DNA from: the human T2T-CHM13v2.0 reference genome, Homo sapiens
Length of the DNA: 64,000 nt
Strand: one strand, 5' to 3'
NCBI RefSeq assembly: GCF_009914755.1
Contig: NC_060945.1
How positions within the stretch are numbered: the stretch's first letter is position 1; each line of letters opens with the position of its first letter. The notes under the pieces were generated by a model. The model searched no databases. It had not been told where the DNA came from and was given only the letters and a program-made list of their open reading frames with translations. Below, one piece after another: positions 1-19,824 of this stretch. Position numbers and translations under genes: made by a program.

Positions 1-430
1 GCCTGCCCTCCTCAAATGTCCTTAGTCTCCTCAACTCTAGCCCTCCACCGCTTTCTCCCTGGGGTTCTGAAGAGCCGGCGCCCCCTTGTCTGTCTGCGGC
101 CAGGCGCCGCACCCTGCCCTTCCCGCGGGAGCGGTTCCGGTCACCCTCAGGGGTGCGGCCCCTGCGTGCTAGTCCTGCAAAGCGCTGATTGGCCGGCGGC
201 TCGGTTGCCTCGCGTCCCAGCGCCAGCTGGGCCTAGGGCCAAGGTCTCGGGAAGCGCCGGGTGACCTCGCTCCTCTCGGAGCCGCGGGCGCTGGGTCACC
301 CGCCAGCCGGGCTCCGCGGGCCGCGAGGGATTGTGGGTGTTCCCCAGGCGCGTGTCCTGGAACCGGGTGTTAAATATTCAGATCCGTGCGCCCCGCGCTG
401 AAGGGTGGAAAGGCACGGCCCCCAGGCTCT
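1..430. promoter_or_regulatory. Edge of CpG island / promoter-like region
   Basis: GC-rich with dense CpGs (CCGCGG, GCGCCG, CGCG) compared with the CpG-depleted rest of the window; not repeat-derived. Confidence 0.75.
185..194 (-). promoter_or_regulatory. NF-Y CCAAT box
   Basis: CTGATTGGCC = GGCCAATCAG on minus strand, full NF-Y consensus, inside the CpG island. Confidence 0.55.
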
Positions 431-690
431 GGGGCTTGGAGATTGGTTGCAAATGAAAGACTGAAAGCTGGAGTGAATCTGCCTATTATTTTTATTCCCA
501 GCAACAGCTGACCCCAGATACAGTTTGTGGGGGTGGGGGGCGTTACTGCAGGGCAGGGCAGTGCACTGTTAACGTACTTCGTTTATTGAGTTAAAATCTC
601 TTGTAAATGTTATAAATGAGGATTTTGCCAATAAGCAGAAGGTCAAATTTCATTTTGACAAATGATTTAATTAAATAATGCGGTGAAAAG

Positions 691-732
691 TGCTTTTTGT
701 TTAAATTCTTTGCTTTTTGTTTAAATTCTTTG
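691..732. repeat. Perfect 20-bp tandem duplication
   Basis: TGCTTTTTGTTTAAATTCTT x2 plus TG. Confidence 0.95.
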
Positions 733-1100
733 ATTCTGATCATTATTTTTTAAAGTGCATTGCTTTTGGGATAACATCAGAAACTATCTGTAAAAAGAAT
801 TAGTATCACGAATGCCTCCCTCTTAAGAATATAAAATGTTTTACAGGCCAGCAGTGATGGTGCTGCAGCTACAATTGCATTTGAAGGTTAATAAATGGTA
901 TTTTCAAATATTCAGGTCTTGGTTTGCAGCTCCTCTCTGCCCTCAGGGCTTTGGTCTCTGTCTTCAATGTTTTCCTGGCAATTCAAAACTCAGCGATTTT
1001 AGAACAATTCATTAGGGACTTGAAAATCACAGTCTAGTCTATTTGAATTCAAGAAGTGGATCCCTTTCCGCTAGACTCACCCATCATTTTCAAGTGGTAA

Positions 1101-1469
<369 letters not shown>

Positions 1470-2499
1470 TCCAATCGCTATCCTTTTAAATCTTTTCCAT
1501 CCCTCACTCACACCTTAGATGATACCTTAACTTTCTGGTCCATTTGAGTTACCAAAAATCAGACCGTGTTAAAGTGTCGATCTCATGTCTCAAGTGGGAC
1601 CCTAAATCCCTTAGTGTGAGTGGGAAGGTGCAAAGCGTGGTTCTGGCATGCAGACACTTCTCAACGTACCTCTGCAAGGCCTGGCTTCTGTGTTGAGATA
1701 AGGAAGAGGAGAGAAAATGAGACAAATATCTCTTAACTAGCCACTGCTGAATTTTCTTAGTTGATTCCTGCCTCTCTGGTAACTGTCTCGTTTAAAATTC
1801 CTTTCGTGGGGTACAGATGGGGAGGTCGGGTGGGGCCTTCTCCCTGCCGCACAGTTCCATGGGAGATCTTTTCCATCACCCGCCCCCGCCGCCGTCAGCA
1901 CCGGGCAGTACACTCAGCCTCTCAGGCAAGATCACTCAGGACCATTTATCTTCCGCATAGGAAGAATTTGACCCAGGAGAAATACACATCTTTGCCACAC
2001 AAAAGGGCTGGACTGAAGACCACCCCGTGGCTACTCCTCTCTCCCCTGCTATATCCCTCTTCAATTTTGTTGTTCCCCCTTGCCATACAGACAGGGATAA
2101 GTCAGCAAGAGTGCTGGAGGAACAGATCTGCAGGCAACAAATAGAATACCAGACTCCCCTTCCAGCAGGCCCTCTGATACCTTGGAGAGATTGTCCTATG
2201 TCCTTCCCAGCTACATCACTTCCCACCAGAAACACCGTCCTCCGCAATACCGACTGCCTCCTTTCATTCCTTCCCCTGCCTTCCTGTATAGATTGAGGAG
2301 AGGACTGGGGAAGTATTTGGTGGAAGCGGGGCCAGATCTGCAGCTTTTTATTAAGCCCTGGGGGAAGTGGCCCCAATTATAGGCATCTTTCATTAGGAGA
2401 TGGAGTACTATGCCTGTAGTTTTCCATTGTGAGCCTAGTGCCAATTCTGGGACAATAGTAGAGGTCCCACTAAACATCTTTAAGTGGGTGCTATGATTC

Positions 2500-3352
2500 T
2501 CTGCGCAGACTCTTCCTGCAGGACTGGAGGACATGTTCCCTGAGCTGCTAGGAGTATTGGTCTCAACAGTTTTCAGCTAAGTCACTCTTCAAAGCTTGCC
2601 TTTAATGAAGAAAACTGCCTTGCCCAAGGTCATTCCCCCTTCTAGGGGGCAGCCCACACTTGACAATTAATCCATTTAGGATATAGAGGCCTCTCCGTTG
2701 TTCCAGTTTAGGACAACTCTGAAGGACCATTCCATATTCAAAACTCCCAGTATTAGTTAAATACTGATGTGTAGCAAATTACCCCAATCTGTAGTAGCTT
2801 TAAATAACAAACGTCTCATTATGTCTGCGAGTTGGGAACTCAGGAGCAGCTTCCCTGGGTGTTCCTGGCTCAAGGTGTCAGATTCTTGCAGTTGTCTGAA
2901 GGCCTGTTGTCGGCTGGAAGATCCAGTTCCAAGATGGCTCCCTCACATGGCTGAGGTTGGGAGCACTCACTTCCACTCCACAGGCTGCTTGAGAAGCCTC
3001 ACAGTATGGCAGCTAGCTTCTCCCAGACCAGTCAATCAAGAGAGAGTGCAATTAGGGAGCTGCAATGCCCTGTGAGGCCAAGTATCTGAAGGACATCTAC
3101 TTTTCTTCTCTTCATCAGAAGACAGTCACTAAATCCCACTAATTCCATTTGGGAAGGGGAATTTAGCTCTACCTATGGAAGGGAGGGTCAAAGAATTTGA
3201 GGACATATTTTAATCCACTACGCTCCGCATTGAATCCTGCTTCCTACACCCAAACCCTGTGCGCCTGTTGATCCTGAGAGCATCTCCCCAATAAACTTCC
3301 TGCATGTTAAATCTCCATCTTGTATTCTGCCTTCTGGCAACCTAACCTCAAC
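2500..3352 (+). mobile_element. LTR16-family ERVL LTR, split by an MLT1
   Basis: TGCCCAAGGTCA..GGACAACTCTGAAGG left half; GTTGATCCTGAGAGCA..AATAAAC..AAATCTCCATCT right half. Confidence 0.65.
2750..3221 (-). mobile_element. MLT1 (F/G/H-like) MaLR LTR
   Basis: CCAAGATGGCTCCCTCACATGGCTG, GTCAAAGAATTTG motifs. Confidence 0.7.
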
Positions 3353-3369
3353 AATCCAGTTATGCTAGT

Positions 3370-3535
3370 TTCATAATAACCCTCATAATAACCCTCAAGA
3401 CACTCTTGTGATACAGGAAAAATTACTATTTCCTCACCTTACAAAAGGGAAGACAGGCACAGAAAGATTAATGTACTTGCCCAAGGTCATATAGCAACTA
3501 AGTGGCAGCCACCAATTCTGACTCCAGAGTTCATA
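3370..3535 (-). mobile_element. MIR
   Basis: ACTTGCCCAAGGTCATATAGC core. Confidence 0.7.
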
Positions 3536-3770
3536 TAGGCAATTGCTGATCAATGCGCTACATACATGCACACAACAAACGCCTGGGTGCATAACAATGG
3601 GGGGCTCATGATCTTAATCAAAAGACTGGACAAAAGACTGCCAATCAAATGGGAAAATCCAGCAGAGGTGCAATGTCAGAGTCAAAGGCAATCTTAAAGA
3701 GAGGAATGGGGGGTCATTGTATCAACTGATGGTGAAGATAGAATATTAAAACTATTGCAGAATAGTATAA

Positions 3771-4515
<745 letters not shown>

Positions 4516-4519
4516 CCAT

Positions 4520-4800
4520 CCTCATAGATGGGATTAGTGCCCTATAAAAGGAATGGAAGGGAGCTAGCTAGTCCTTTTGCCCTTCTGTCCCTTCTGCCAA
4601 GAGAGGACATGGCATTTGTCCCTTCTGGAGGACTCAGCATTCAAGGCGCCATCTTGGAAGCAGAGTGGAACCAGACACAACGTGCTGGTACCTTGTTCTT
4701 AAACTTCCCAGTCTTCGGAACTATGAGAAATGAACTTCTATTGTTTAGAAATTACCCACTCTGTGGTATTTTGTTATAACAGCATGAATGGACTGAGACA
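4520..4800 (+). mobile_element. MST (MSTC/D-like) LTR, 3' part
   Basis: GGCGCCATCTTGGAAGCAGAG..AAATTACCCA..GGACTGAGACA. Confidence 0.7.
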
Positions 4801-5059
4801 ATTGCATGTATGGCCACTAAGAACATCTCAATGTTGATTATGTACAAGTTTGATTAAGGATGTCCTGGATACCTTAACTACCACAACTTACACCACTTGG
4901 CAGTTAAGACACACTTTCTCAAATAACAAAATGTGAAGCATTCTTTGTAAACAAACACATAAAAATACAATATTTGTTTTTTATAAACAATATATATGAA
5001 ATTTATATATAAATAAAGAAAAATAAAATTTTAAAATAAAATTTAAATTAAAGATAAAT

Positions 5060-5390
<331 letters not shown>

Positions 5391-5716
5391 AAATAGAATT
5401 TTAAAATGTAAACATACATAAAAATTTATATAAAAATGTTTAATGAATTTTATAAAAATAAAATTTATATATAAATTTTATATTTTATATAAATTTTTTA
5501 TTAAAATGTGATTGAAATACAATATTTGTTTCTTATTTGTCAAGAAACAAGTAAAAATATGATACCAGACTAAAAATAACAAAGTATGAATGCTTCACAC
5601 CAAAACCTATGGGATACAGGTAAAAAAAGAATCCTCTGAAAAATTATTGGAAAAAGTTTGGAAATTTGGTCAGAGTGAAATGATATGCTATCTGGGATTT
5701 GCTTCTAAATAACTCT

Positions 5717-5883
5717 AGGAGGAGGAAGAGGGAGAAGGAGGAGGAGGGGGAGGGGAGAAAGAGGAGGATGAGGAGGGGTGGAGAAGGAGGAGGGGGGAGG
5801 GGAGAAAGTAGGATGGGGAGGGGCGGAGAAGGAGGGGAGGAAATGGAGGAAGAGGGAAGGGGTACAGGAGGAGGAGGAGGAAA
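5717..5883 (+). repeat. Purine-rich (GGA/GAG) low-complexity tract
   Basis: About 165 nt almost entirely G/A. Confidence 0.9.
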
Positions 5884-6004
5884 GGTTTTATTCACTCATT
5901 CACTCTGCCTTTGTATACACTTGAGTTCCATAACAAAAGAAGAGAAGATAAATTTACAAAGTAGGATAATATTTTTGAAATATTAAGCTGAAGTATTTTT
6001 AAAA

Positions 6005-6695
6005 TTCCTTGTCATTCCCAGCAGGTGCCCCTCAACTCTCTCTCCATCAAGTTTATACCCTGAAGCAAAAAATGTGTGTTGAAGAGCACTTTGCCAAAGA
6101 TCTGAAACATGGTTTGGTCTAGAGGAAGGGGAATAGAATGAGAAGAGCAGAAGTAGCTCCTGGGGTGGGATCCAGCTGTATTTCATGCTTGGAGTCAACG
6201 TCCCAGTTGGGGTTAGAAATGCGCAGGGCAATAGAAAACATGACAGGAAACTCGGAGCTCGAGAGAGAAGAATCAAATGATTAAAATAACCCAAAAGTTA
6301 GAGGTATGGGCTGAGTCAGCCAAGGGGGAGTCCCGGCTCTTTCTAGCGGTCCCTCTAGTGTGCTATTGCCTGTGCAGAGATGGGATTTTGAGACACTCCA
6401 GCTGGGACGTTGGCAGATAGGCAAGGGACATGGCATTTTTGAACCATATGCCTCTCTCCATCCCAAGTAGAATGCTTTTGGGGAAAGGTAAGAAGGAGAC
6501 TGAGGATGTGAAAAGAGAATTCTAAAACACTGGCTATCAGCTGGGTTCCAACTGAATAATGAGACTGATTTTCTTCTCCCCTGTCCTCAGCAGAAATGGT
6601 TACTGGGGAGCTAAACTGGGTTAATTTATAGAGAAATGAAGACTGGTACTTTTTTGGTCATCTATATGTATGCCTGTAAATTTTGAAACAGCCTA
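6005..6695 (+). mobile_element. Possible ancient LTR (MamGypLTR-like)
   Basis: 3' end TTATAGAGAAATGAAG..GTAAATTTTG resembles recalled MamGypLTR ends; highly diverged. Confidence 0.3.
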
Positions 6696-6699
6696 CGTA

Positions 6700-8065
<1,366 letters not shown>

Positions 8066-8166
8066 GGGGGGCAGGGGGAGGAGGAGGAGCCTAGGACGTG
8101 TCATACAGAGAGTGGCACCTGGGACTCATTTTAGCCAGTGGAAGGCAGTGAGAGTTCTGCACCTAA

Positions 8167-8475
<309 letters not shown>

Positions 8476-8493
8476 TAAAAAGGCCTGGCAACA

Positions 8494-8793
<300 letters not shown>

Positions 8794-9455
8794 AGGCCTG
8801 ACCTGGCAACTTCTGCTTTTACATGCTGGGAGGGCTGAGTATGATGTAAGGAGCCCAGTGACCCTGATGGAGACACTGTTGAAGGACCACAAAGAGGAGA
8901 GGCCCTGAACAATATGGAGAAAGAAGGGGTGGGAGAGAGAGAGAAAACCCCAGCTCCCCCAGCGTAGCCACCAAGAATGGCCCTCCTGCCATGTCCACAA
9001 GGACCCAACATACACATGAAGCCATCTCGGGATTTCCACTCCACTGCCATAAAACTGCAGTCACGTGAACGACACAAAGTGAGACTGGCAAAAGGACCAC
9101 TCAGCTGAGCCACAGTCCACCAGTAGAATTGTGAAAAATAATACAGTGGCCATTGTCCTAAGCCACTGAGTTTTGAGGTGGTTTGTGATGCGGCAGTAGG
9201 TGACCAGATCAAATGATTACCGAAGGGGAAAAGACAGAATAGGGCAGGGAGACAGGAAGAGAAGCAAGACATCTCTGCATGTTATGTCATAGAATTTTGA
9301 CTCTGTATCCATGTAAATGTTTTAGCTAATTTAAAAAAATTTTAATTTAAAAAATTAAACCACACAGAAAAGAGAAATACAATGGAATTGTTAAAACTTC
9401 AGTGGGGTAGAGGTAGGAAGACTTTCTACATGACTGATAGAAACATCACAAAGGA

Positions 9456-10103
<648 letters not shown>

Positions 10104-10139
10104 GTCAATTTATTATATAGAAAATTTTCCTATACATCA

Positions 10140-10525
<386 letters not shown>

Positions 10526-10545
10526 TCACATTTTGACCACAGAGG

Positions 10546-11150
10546 ATGTGTTAGTTTTCTACAGCCGTGTAATAAATAACTATAAATGTAGAGATGCGAA
10601 ACAACACCCACTGATTAGCTCACAGCTCTGTGGGTTCAACTGGATTCTCTGCTTAGGGTCAAACAGGGTTGAGATCAAGGTGTCTGCCTGGCTGGGCTAT
10701 TACCTGGAGGCTCTGGGAAGCACCTACTTGAAAGCTCATTGAGGTGACGGGCAGAATTCAGTTCCTTGTGGTTGTAGGACTCCAGTCACGTGCCCTCGCT
10801 GACTGTCAGCAGGGACCACTCTCAGCTTTTAAAGACGTCTCTCTGATCAGTGGGCAGAGCCCCTCCATCATCAAAGCCAGCCATGGTGCATCAAATCCTT
10901 CTTGTGCTTTGAATCTCTTTGACTGCCCTTTCTGCTGCCAGACAGAGAACATTTTCTGCTTTTAAAAGGCTAATGATATTAGATTAGGCCCACCTAGAAA
11001 ATCTCCCTATTTGAAGATTAACCATGCCGGGTAACATAATCTTGGGAGTGATATTTCATCATATCCACAGCTTCCACCCTCACTCAAAGGGAGGGGATTA
11101 TAGAAAGAAGAAGGTCATTGGGGGTCATTCTTAGAATTTTGACTACCAGA
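10546..11150 (-). mobile_element. MLT1E-like LTR
   Basis: GGCAGAATTCAGTTCCTTGTGGTTGTAGGACT; GGGAGGGGATTATA. Confidence 0.75.
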
Positions 11151-11189
11151 GGGGATAACATTCACATCTATAATAAGAACTCTAAGACA

Positions 11190-12570
11190 CAGGACATGAA
11201 TAACAGTTTGCAAAAGAGGAAATCAAGTAGTTAGCAGACATATGGGAAAATGTTTCACTTCAATTGAAATAAAAGAAATTCTAGTAGAAATCTTCTACTC
11301 ACAGATTAAATTAGCAAAAAATACTAAATATTGGCAGCTATGTGGTGAAACAGGCATTTCATTCATTGATGATAGCAATGTGAATGGTACAACACATGTA
11401 GAAATAAATTTGGAAATATATACCAACGCCTTTAAAATGTTTATATTCTTTGGCCCAGTAATTTGACTGCTGGGAATCTATGTAAAGATTAATCCTAAAT
11501 TTGGAAAAAAAATTTCCCAGCAATCAAGTAATCCTAAATTTGAGAAAAAAACATTTTTAAACACTGATATGGTTTGGCTCTGTGTCCCCACCCAAATCTC
11601 ACTTTGACTTGTAATAATCCCCACGTGTCATGGGAGGGACCCGGTGGGAGGTAACTGAATCATGAGGGCAGGTTTTTCCTGTGCTGTTCTCATGATAGTG
11701 AATAAGTCTCACAAGATCTGATGGCTTTATAAAGCAGAGTTCCCCTACACAGATCTCTTGCCTGCCGCCATGTAAGACATGACTTTGTTCTTCATTTGTC
11801 TTCTGCCATGATTATGAGGCCTCCCAAGCCATGCAGAACCGTGAGTCCACTAAACCTCTTTCTTTTATAAATTACCCAGTCTCAGGTATGTCTTTATTAT
11901 CAGCATGAGGACAGACTAATAAAAACACCATGGTATTCACGGCAAATTATTAATAATGAAAAAGTGGAAACAATCTAATTGGCAAAATGGACATTGTTGG
12001 ATACATTACACCTTCAAATCAACAAGATATTAGGCAGTCACTGAAAACATGGTTATGCTGAAAGAAAATACAAGAAGGTCTGATAAATGGAGAAGAAACA
12101 TTCCATGTTTATGGAGTACAAGACTCAAGATGCCATCTCTCCCTCAATGCAATTGCATTCTATAATCCCAGTTTTTGGTTTAAAAATTTAAACACTTGTA
12201 TGATAATGCAAAGATCCTATAACAGCCAACACATTTTGAAAAAGTAGAGCACAGCAGGAGGATTTACACTGCCTGACTTTAAGACCTGGCATAAAACAAC
12301 AAGGATCGATGCTTAAAGAGAGATAAGCAGATCAATGGAACAGATTAGGGAGTCCAGAAATAAAACCGTATACATATGGTCAACAAAAATCATATATGAC
12401 TTTCAACAAAGGTGCCAAGGCAATTCCACAGGGACAGGAAAGCCTTTTCAACAACTGGTGCTGGAACAACTGGATATCCATACGGGAAAAAATGAACCTT
12501 GCCTGTTACTTGACACCATATACAAACATTAACTTGAAATGGATCATAGACCTAAAAGCTAATACTATAA
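11190..12570 (+). mobile_element. Old L1M ORF2 fragments, split by THE1
   Basis: Translation FNKGAKAI..SLFNNWCWNNWIS..LTPYTNINLKWIIDL is L1 ORF2p-like. Confidence 0.75.
11565..11923 (+). mobile_element. THE1 (B/C-like) solo LTR
   Basis: TGATATGGTTTGGCTCTGTGTCCCCACCCAAATCTC start; 5-bp TSD AACAC. Confidence 0.9.
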
Positions 12571-12572
12571 AG

Positions 12573-12860
<288 letters not shown>

Positions 12861-13035
12861 CTTATGTTTGGTTTTTGCTCTTCTCACAGATATGCATTAT
12901 TTCAAAACTATTTGCCAGTAAATGAAAGTATTTACTATTCAAGTTAAAAATATTTCCTATTGAATTTAAAAAAAGTGAAAGGAAATTGACAAGAGCAGCA
13001 TTAGCATTATTTCAACTGCAAGAGCCAGAAACCAA

Positions 13036-13659
<624 letters not shown>

Positions 13660-14221
13660 AGAAATCAAAGTAAATAACCTTAAACCAAACACAGATGAAT
13701 TGGCTTTCCTAACTCAACCCAGGATGGAGTTGTTTTCAGTTGAGTTACATATACAAAGTCAATTTACCAGTTTCCTAATAGTCTTCTTACCATTTATAGG
13801 GGAGACATCTAAGTTATGTCAATAGGCAAATCAACGAATACTACATCACAAACAGTTTCAATATTTAAGAGGCAATAAGAGAAGGAAAGCTTGTGGAAAC
13901 CACACATTTTATTTATTACCTTCATTTCATTCTCACAGCCTAGCAATAATTCAGAGCTAACGTGTGGCAACACATCTCCACTTTCCTGGTTTGTGCGTTT
14001 GCTTCCTCCTTGCCTGTCCCAGTGCGGGGCGTCGTTTGCGATGGGGGTCCTGCCCTGTGCTGACTGTAAACCTCTTGAAGCACATCAACAATGCGCCAGC
14101 ACGTCCTGAGAGTTTGTGGACTGAAGTTATTCCAAATTCTAAAATGTAAATCCACTAAAAGAAAGTATAAGAACTGTAGCCTGAACTCGCCAAAAACAAG
14201 TCCCCCAAATGTGTGTAATGG

Positions 14222-16200
14222 CAGGGGTCCCCACCCCTCCCGCCCCCCTCGCCCCCCTTTCATCCCCCCTACAGACGCCGACTTGTTAGGAACCGGCGGC
14301 ACAGCAGGAGGTGAGCAGCTGAGCAGCAGGTGGGCCGGCAAAGCTTCATCTATACTTACAGCCACTCCCCATCGCTGGCGTTAGCGCCTGAGCTCTGCCT
14401 CCTGTCAGATCAGCGTCGGCCGTAGAGTCTCATAGGAGCATGAACCCTATTGTGAACTGCACGTGTGAGGGATCTAGGATGCACGCTCCTTATGAGAATC
14501 TAGTGCCTGATGATCTGTCTCTGTCTCTGCCACCCCCAGATGGTGTGTCCGGAATTGGTGGGTTCTTGGTCTCACTGACTTCAAGAATGAAGCCGCGGAC
14601 CCTCACGGTGTTACAGCTCTTAAGGTGGCGCGTCTGGAGTTTGTTCCTTCTGATGTTCGGATGTGTTCGGAGTTTCTTCCTTCTGGTGGGTTCGTAGTCT
14701 CGCTGGCTCAGGAGTGAAGCTGCAGACCTTCACGGTGAGTGTTACAGCTCTTAAGGCGGCGCGTCTGGAGTTGTTCGTTCCTCCTGGTGGGCTCGTGGTC
14801 TCGCTGGCTTCAGGAGTGAAGCTGCAGATCTTCGTGCTGAGTGTTACAGCTTATAAAAGCAGTGTGGACCCAAAGAGTGAGCAGTATCAAGATTTATTGC
14901 AAAGAGCGAGAGAACAAAGCTTCCACAGTGTGGAAAGGGACCCGAGCGGGTTGCCACTGCTGGCGCGGGCAGCCTGCTTTTATTCTTATCTGGCCCCACC
15001 CACATCCTGCTGATGGGTAGAGCCAAGTGGCCTGTTTTGACAGGGCGCTGACTGGTGCGTGTACAATCCCTGAGCTAGATACAAAGGTTCTCCACGTCCC
15101 CATCAGATTAGTTAGATACAGAGTATGGACACAAAGGTTCTTCAAGGCCCCACCAGAGCAGCTAGATACAGAGTGTCGATTGGTGCACTCACAAACCCTG
15201 AGCTAGACACAGGGTGCTGATTGGTGTGTTTACAAACCTTGAGCTAGATACAGAGTGCTGATTGGTGTATTTACAATCCCTGAGCTAGACATAAAGATTC
15301 TCCACGTCCCCACCAGACTCAGGAGCCTAGCTGGCTTCACCCAGTGGATCCCACACCGGGGCTGCAGCTGGAGCTGCCTGCCAGTCTCGCGCCATGCACT
15401 CGCACTCCTCAGGCCTTGGGTGGTCGATAGGACTGGCCGTGGTGGAGCAGGGGGCGGCGCTCGTCGGGGAGGCTCGGGCTGCACAGGAACCCACGGAGGC
15501 GGGGTAAGGCTCAGGCATGGCGGGTTGCAGTCCCGAGGCCTGCCCCGCGGGAAGGCAGCTAAGGCCCGGCGAGAAATCGAGCGCAGCACCGGTGGGCTGG
15601 CACTGCTGGGGGACCCAGTACACCCTTCACAGCCGCTGGCCCGGGTGCTAAGTCCCTTATTGCCCGGGGCCAGCAGGGCCAGCCAGCTGCTTCCGAGTGC
15701 GGGGCCCGCCAAGCCCACGCCCACCCGGAACTCCAGCTGGCCCGCAGGCGCCGCACGCAGCCCCGGTTCCCGCTCGCGTTTCTCCCTCCACACCTCCCTG
15801 CAAGCTGAGGGAGTGGGCTCCGGCCTTGGCCAGCCCAGAAAGGGGCTCCCACAGTGCAGCGGTGGGCTGAAGGGCTCCTCAGGTGCTGCCAAAGTGGGAG
15901 CCCAGGCAGAGGAGGCACCGAGAGCGAGCGAGGGCGGTGCGGACTTCCAGCACGCTGTCACCTCTCAATGGGACCATCTAGTTTCAGGAAAACAAGCTCA
16001 GGGCTCCCACTGATTCTACATTATAGTGAGTTGTGTAATTATTTCATTATATATTATTACAATGTAATAATAATAGAAGTAAAGTGCCCAATAAATGTAA
16101 TCCACTTGAATCATTCCAAACCCATTCCCCTGCCCTGTCCATGGAAAAAAATGTCTCCCATGAAACCAGTCCCTCGTGCCAAAAAGGTTGGGGACCACTG
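14222..16200 (+). mobile_element. MER1A hAT-Charlie DNA transposon, split by LTR12C
   Basis: Terminal inverted repeats CAGGGGTCCCCA / TGGGGACCACTG; internal GGATCTAGG..CTCCTTATGAGAATCTA. Confidence 0.9.
14544..15967 (-). mobile_element. LTR12C (ERV9) solo LTR
   Basis: Minus strand TGAGAGGTGACAGCGTG...AATTCCGGACACA; 4-bp TSD ATGG (14540-43, 15968-71); CpG-rich; CCAAT/GATA repeats. Confidence 0.95.
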
Positions 16201-16331
16201 TTATGGGGTAAAGCTAATAACTCTGCAAAGAATAGGGCAAGCCTTTGTAAAATACATCAACATTCACTTGATTTCCTGCCACTGCAGGAATGCCTAAGAA
16301 CGTTTCAGGGAGTGGAGCTAACCGTGGTTGA

Positions 16332-17222
<891 letters not shown>

Positions 17223-17442
17223 TGAGGGCAAAATGTTTTATTAGATAGATTGGTGGATAGGTAGATATGTGATACAGCAAACATAGCAAAACATTTATTC
17301 TAGAATCTGGTTGGTGCCTGTTCATTGTACATTTTTTCCAGCTCCTATCTACGTTTGAAATTTAAAATAAAAGTTGGGGCTGGAAATTGTGATAGAGGTG
17401 CTTATTATACAATTTACAGGGATTTAAAAAAGGTATTTTTCA

Positions 17443-17930
<488 letters not shown>

Positions 17931-18175
17931 GCATCAAAGTGTTGGGGGGAGTTAGTCTCTTACTAGCCCCTCCCAAGACCCTGCACCCCTCCTACTTGTG
18001 CACAGAGTCCCAGCCCTGGCCTTCCTAGGGTGTTGACATCACTGCTGCTTGCAGTACACCCTGCACCAGCTAGGCCTTAGCTGGCTCCAGAGTGTGGCAG
18101 GGGTGGGTGATTGCAGAGATACTTTCATTCCAACAATGGTCAAGTCTAGTTTTCTCCTTAGTTACTTTAGGGTGC

Positions 18176-18953
<778 letters not shown>

Positions 18954-19229
18954 GAGTACACCTATCTCATAACTAAGAGACTCATAGAGCACATGGTCTC
19001 TCTCCTCTTTTTAACATGTCGTGGGCTTATTTTGTCATAGGATATTTTCCTCTGTCTTGGGTCTGATTTCTTCACTCATTATTTAAAAAATTTCTCTCGG
19101 TCTGAACCATGATGAATGAATTCTGAGTGGGTTATTGCCATTCTCCAAAGTTTTCCTCCTGTGCCCAAATTTCTCCTCGATAGTGGTTCATTCCTCTACA
19201 TACAGAGAGCTATGGAGGTACATGGAAGG

Positions 19230-19824
<595 letters not shown>

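Noticed and set aside
1894-1910. REST/RE1-like TCAGCACC (also at 31351)
   Set aside because: Right half-site missing or mis-spaced
1761-2534. Overlapping ORFs, possible processed pseudogene
   Set aside because: No recognisable homology, poly(A) tail or TSD
5458-5481. 24-bp pure A/T palindrome
   Set aside because: Expected by chance in AT-only low-complexity DNA
15230-16013. 243-aa and 252-aa ORFs
   Set aside because: Lie within the GC-rich LTR12C, where stops are rare by composition; no protein family recognised
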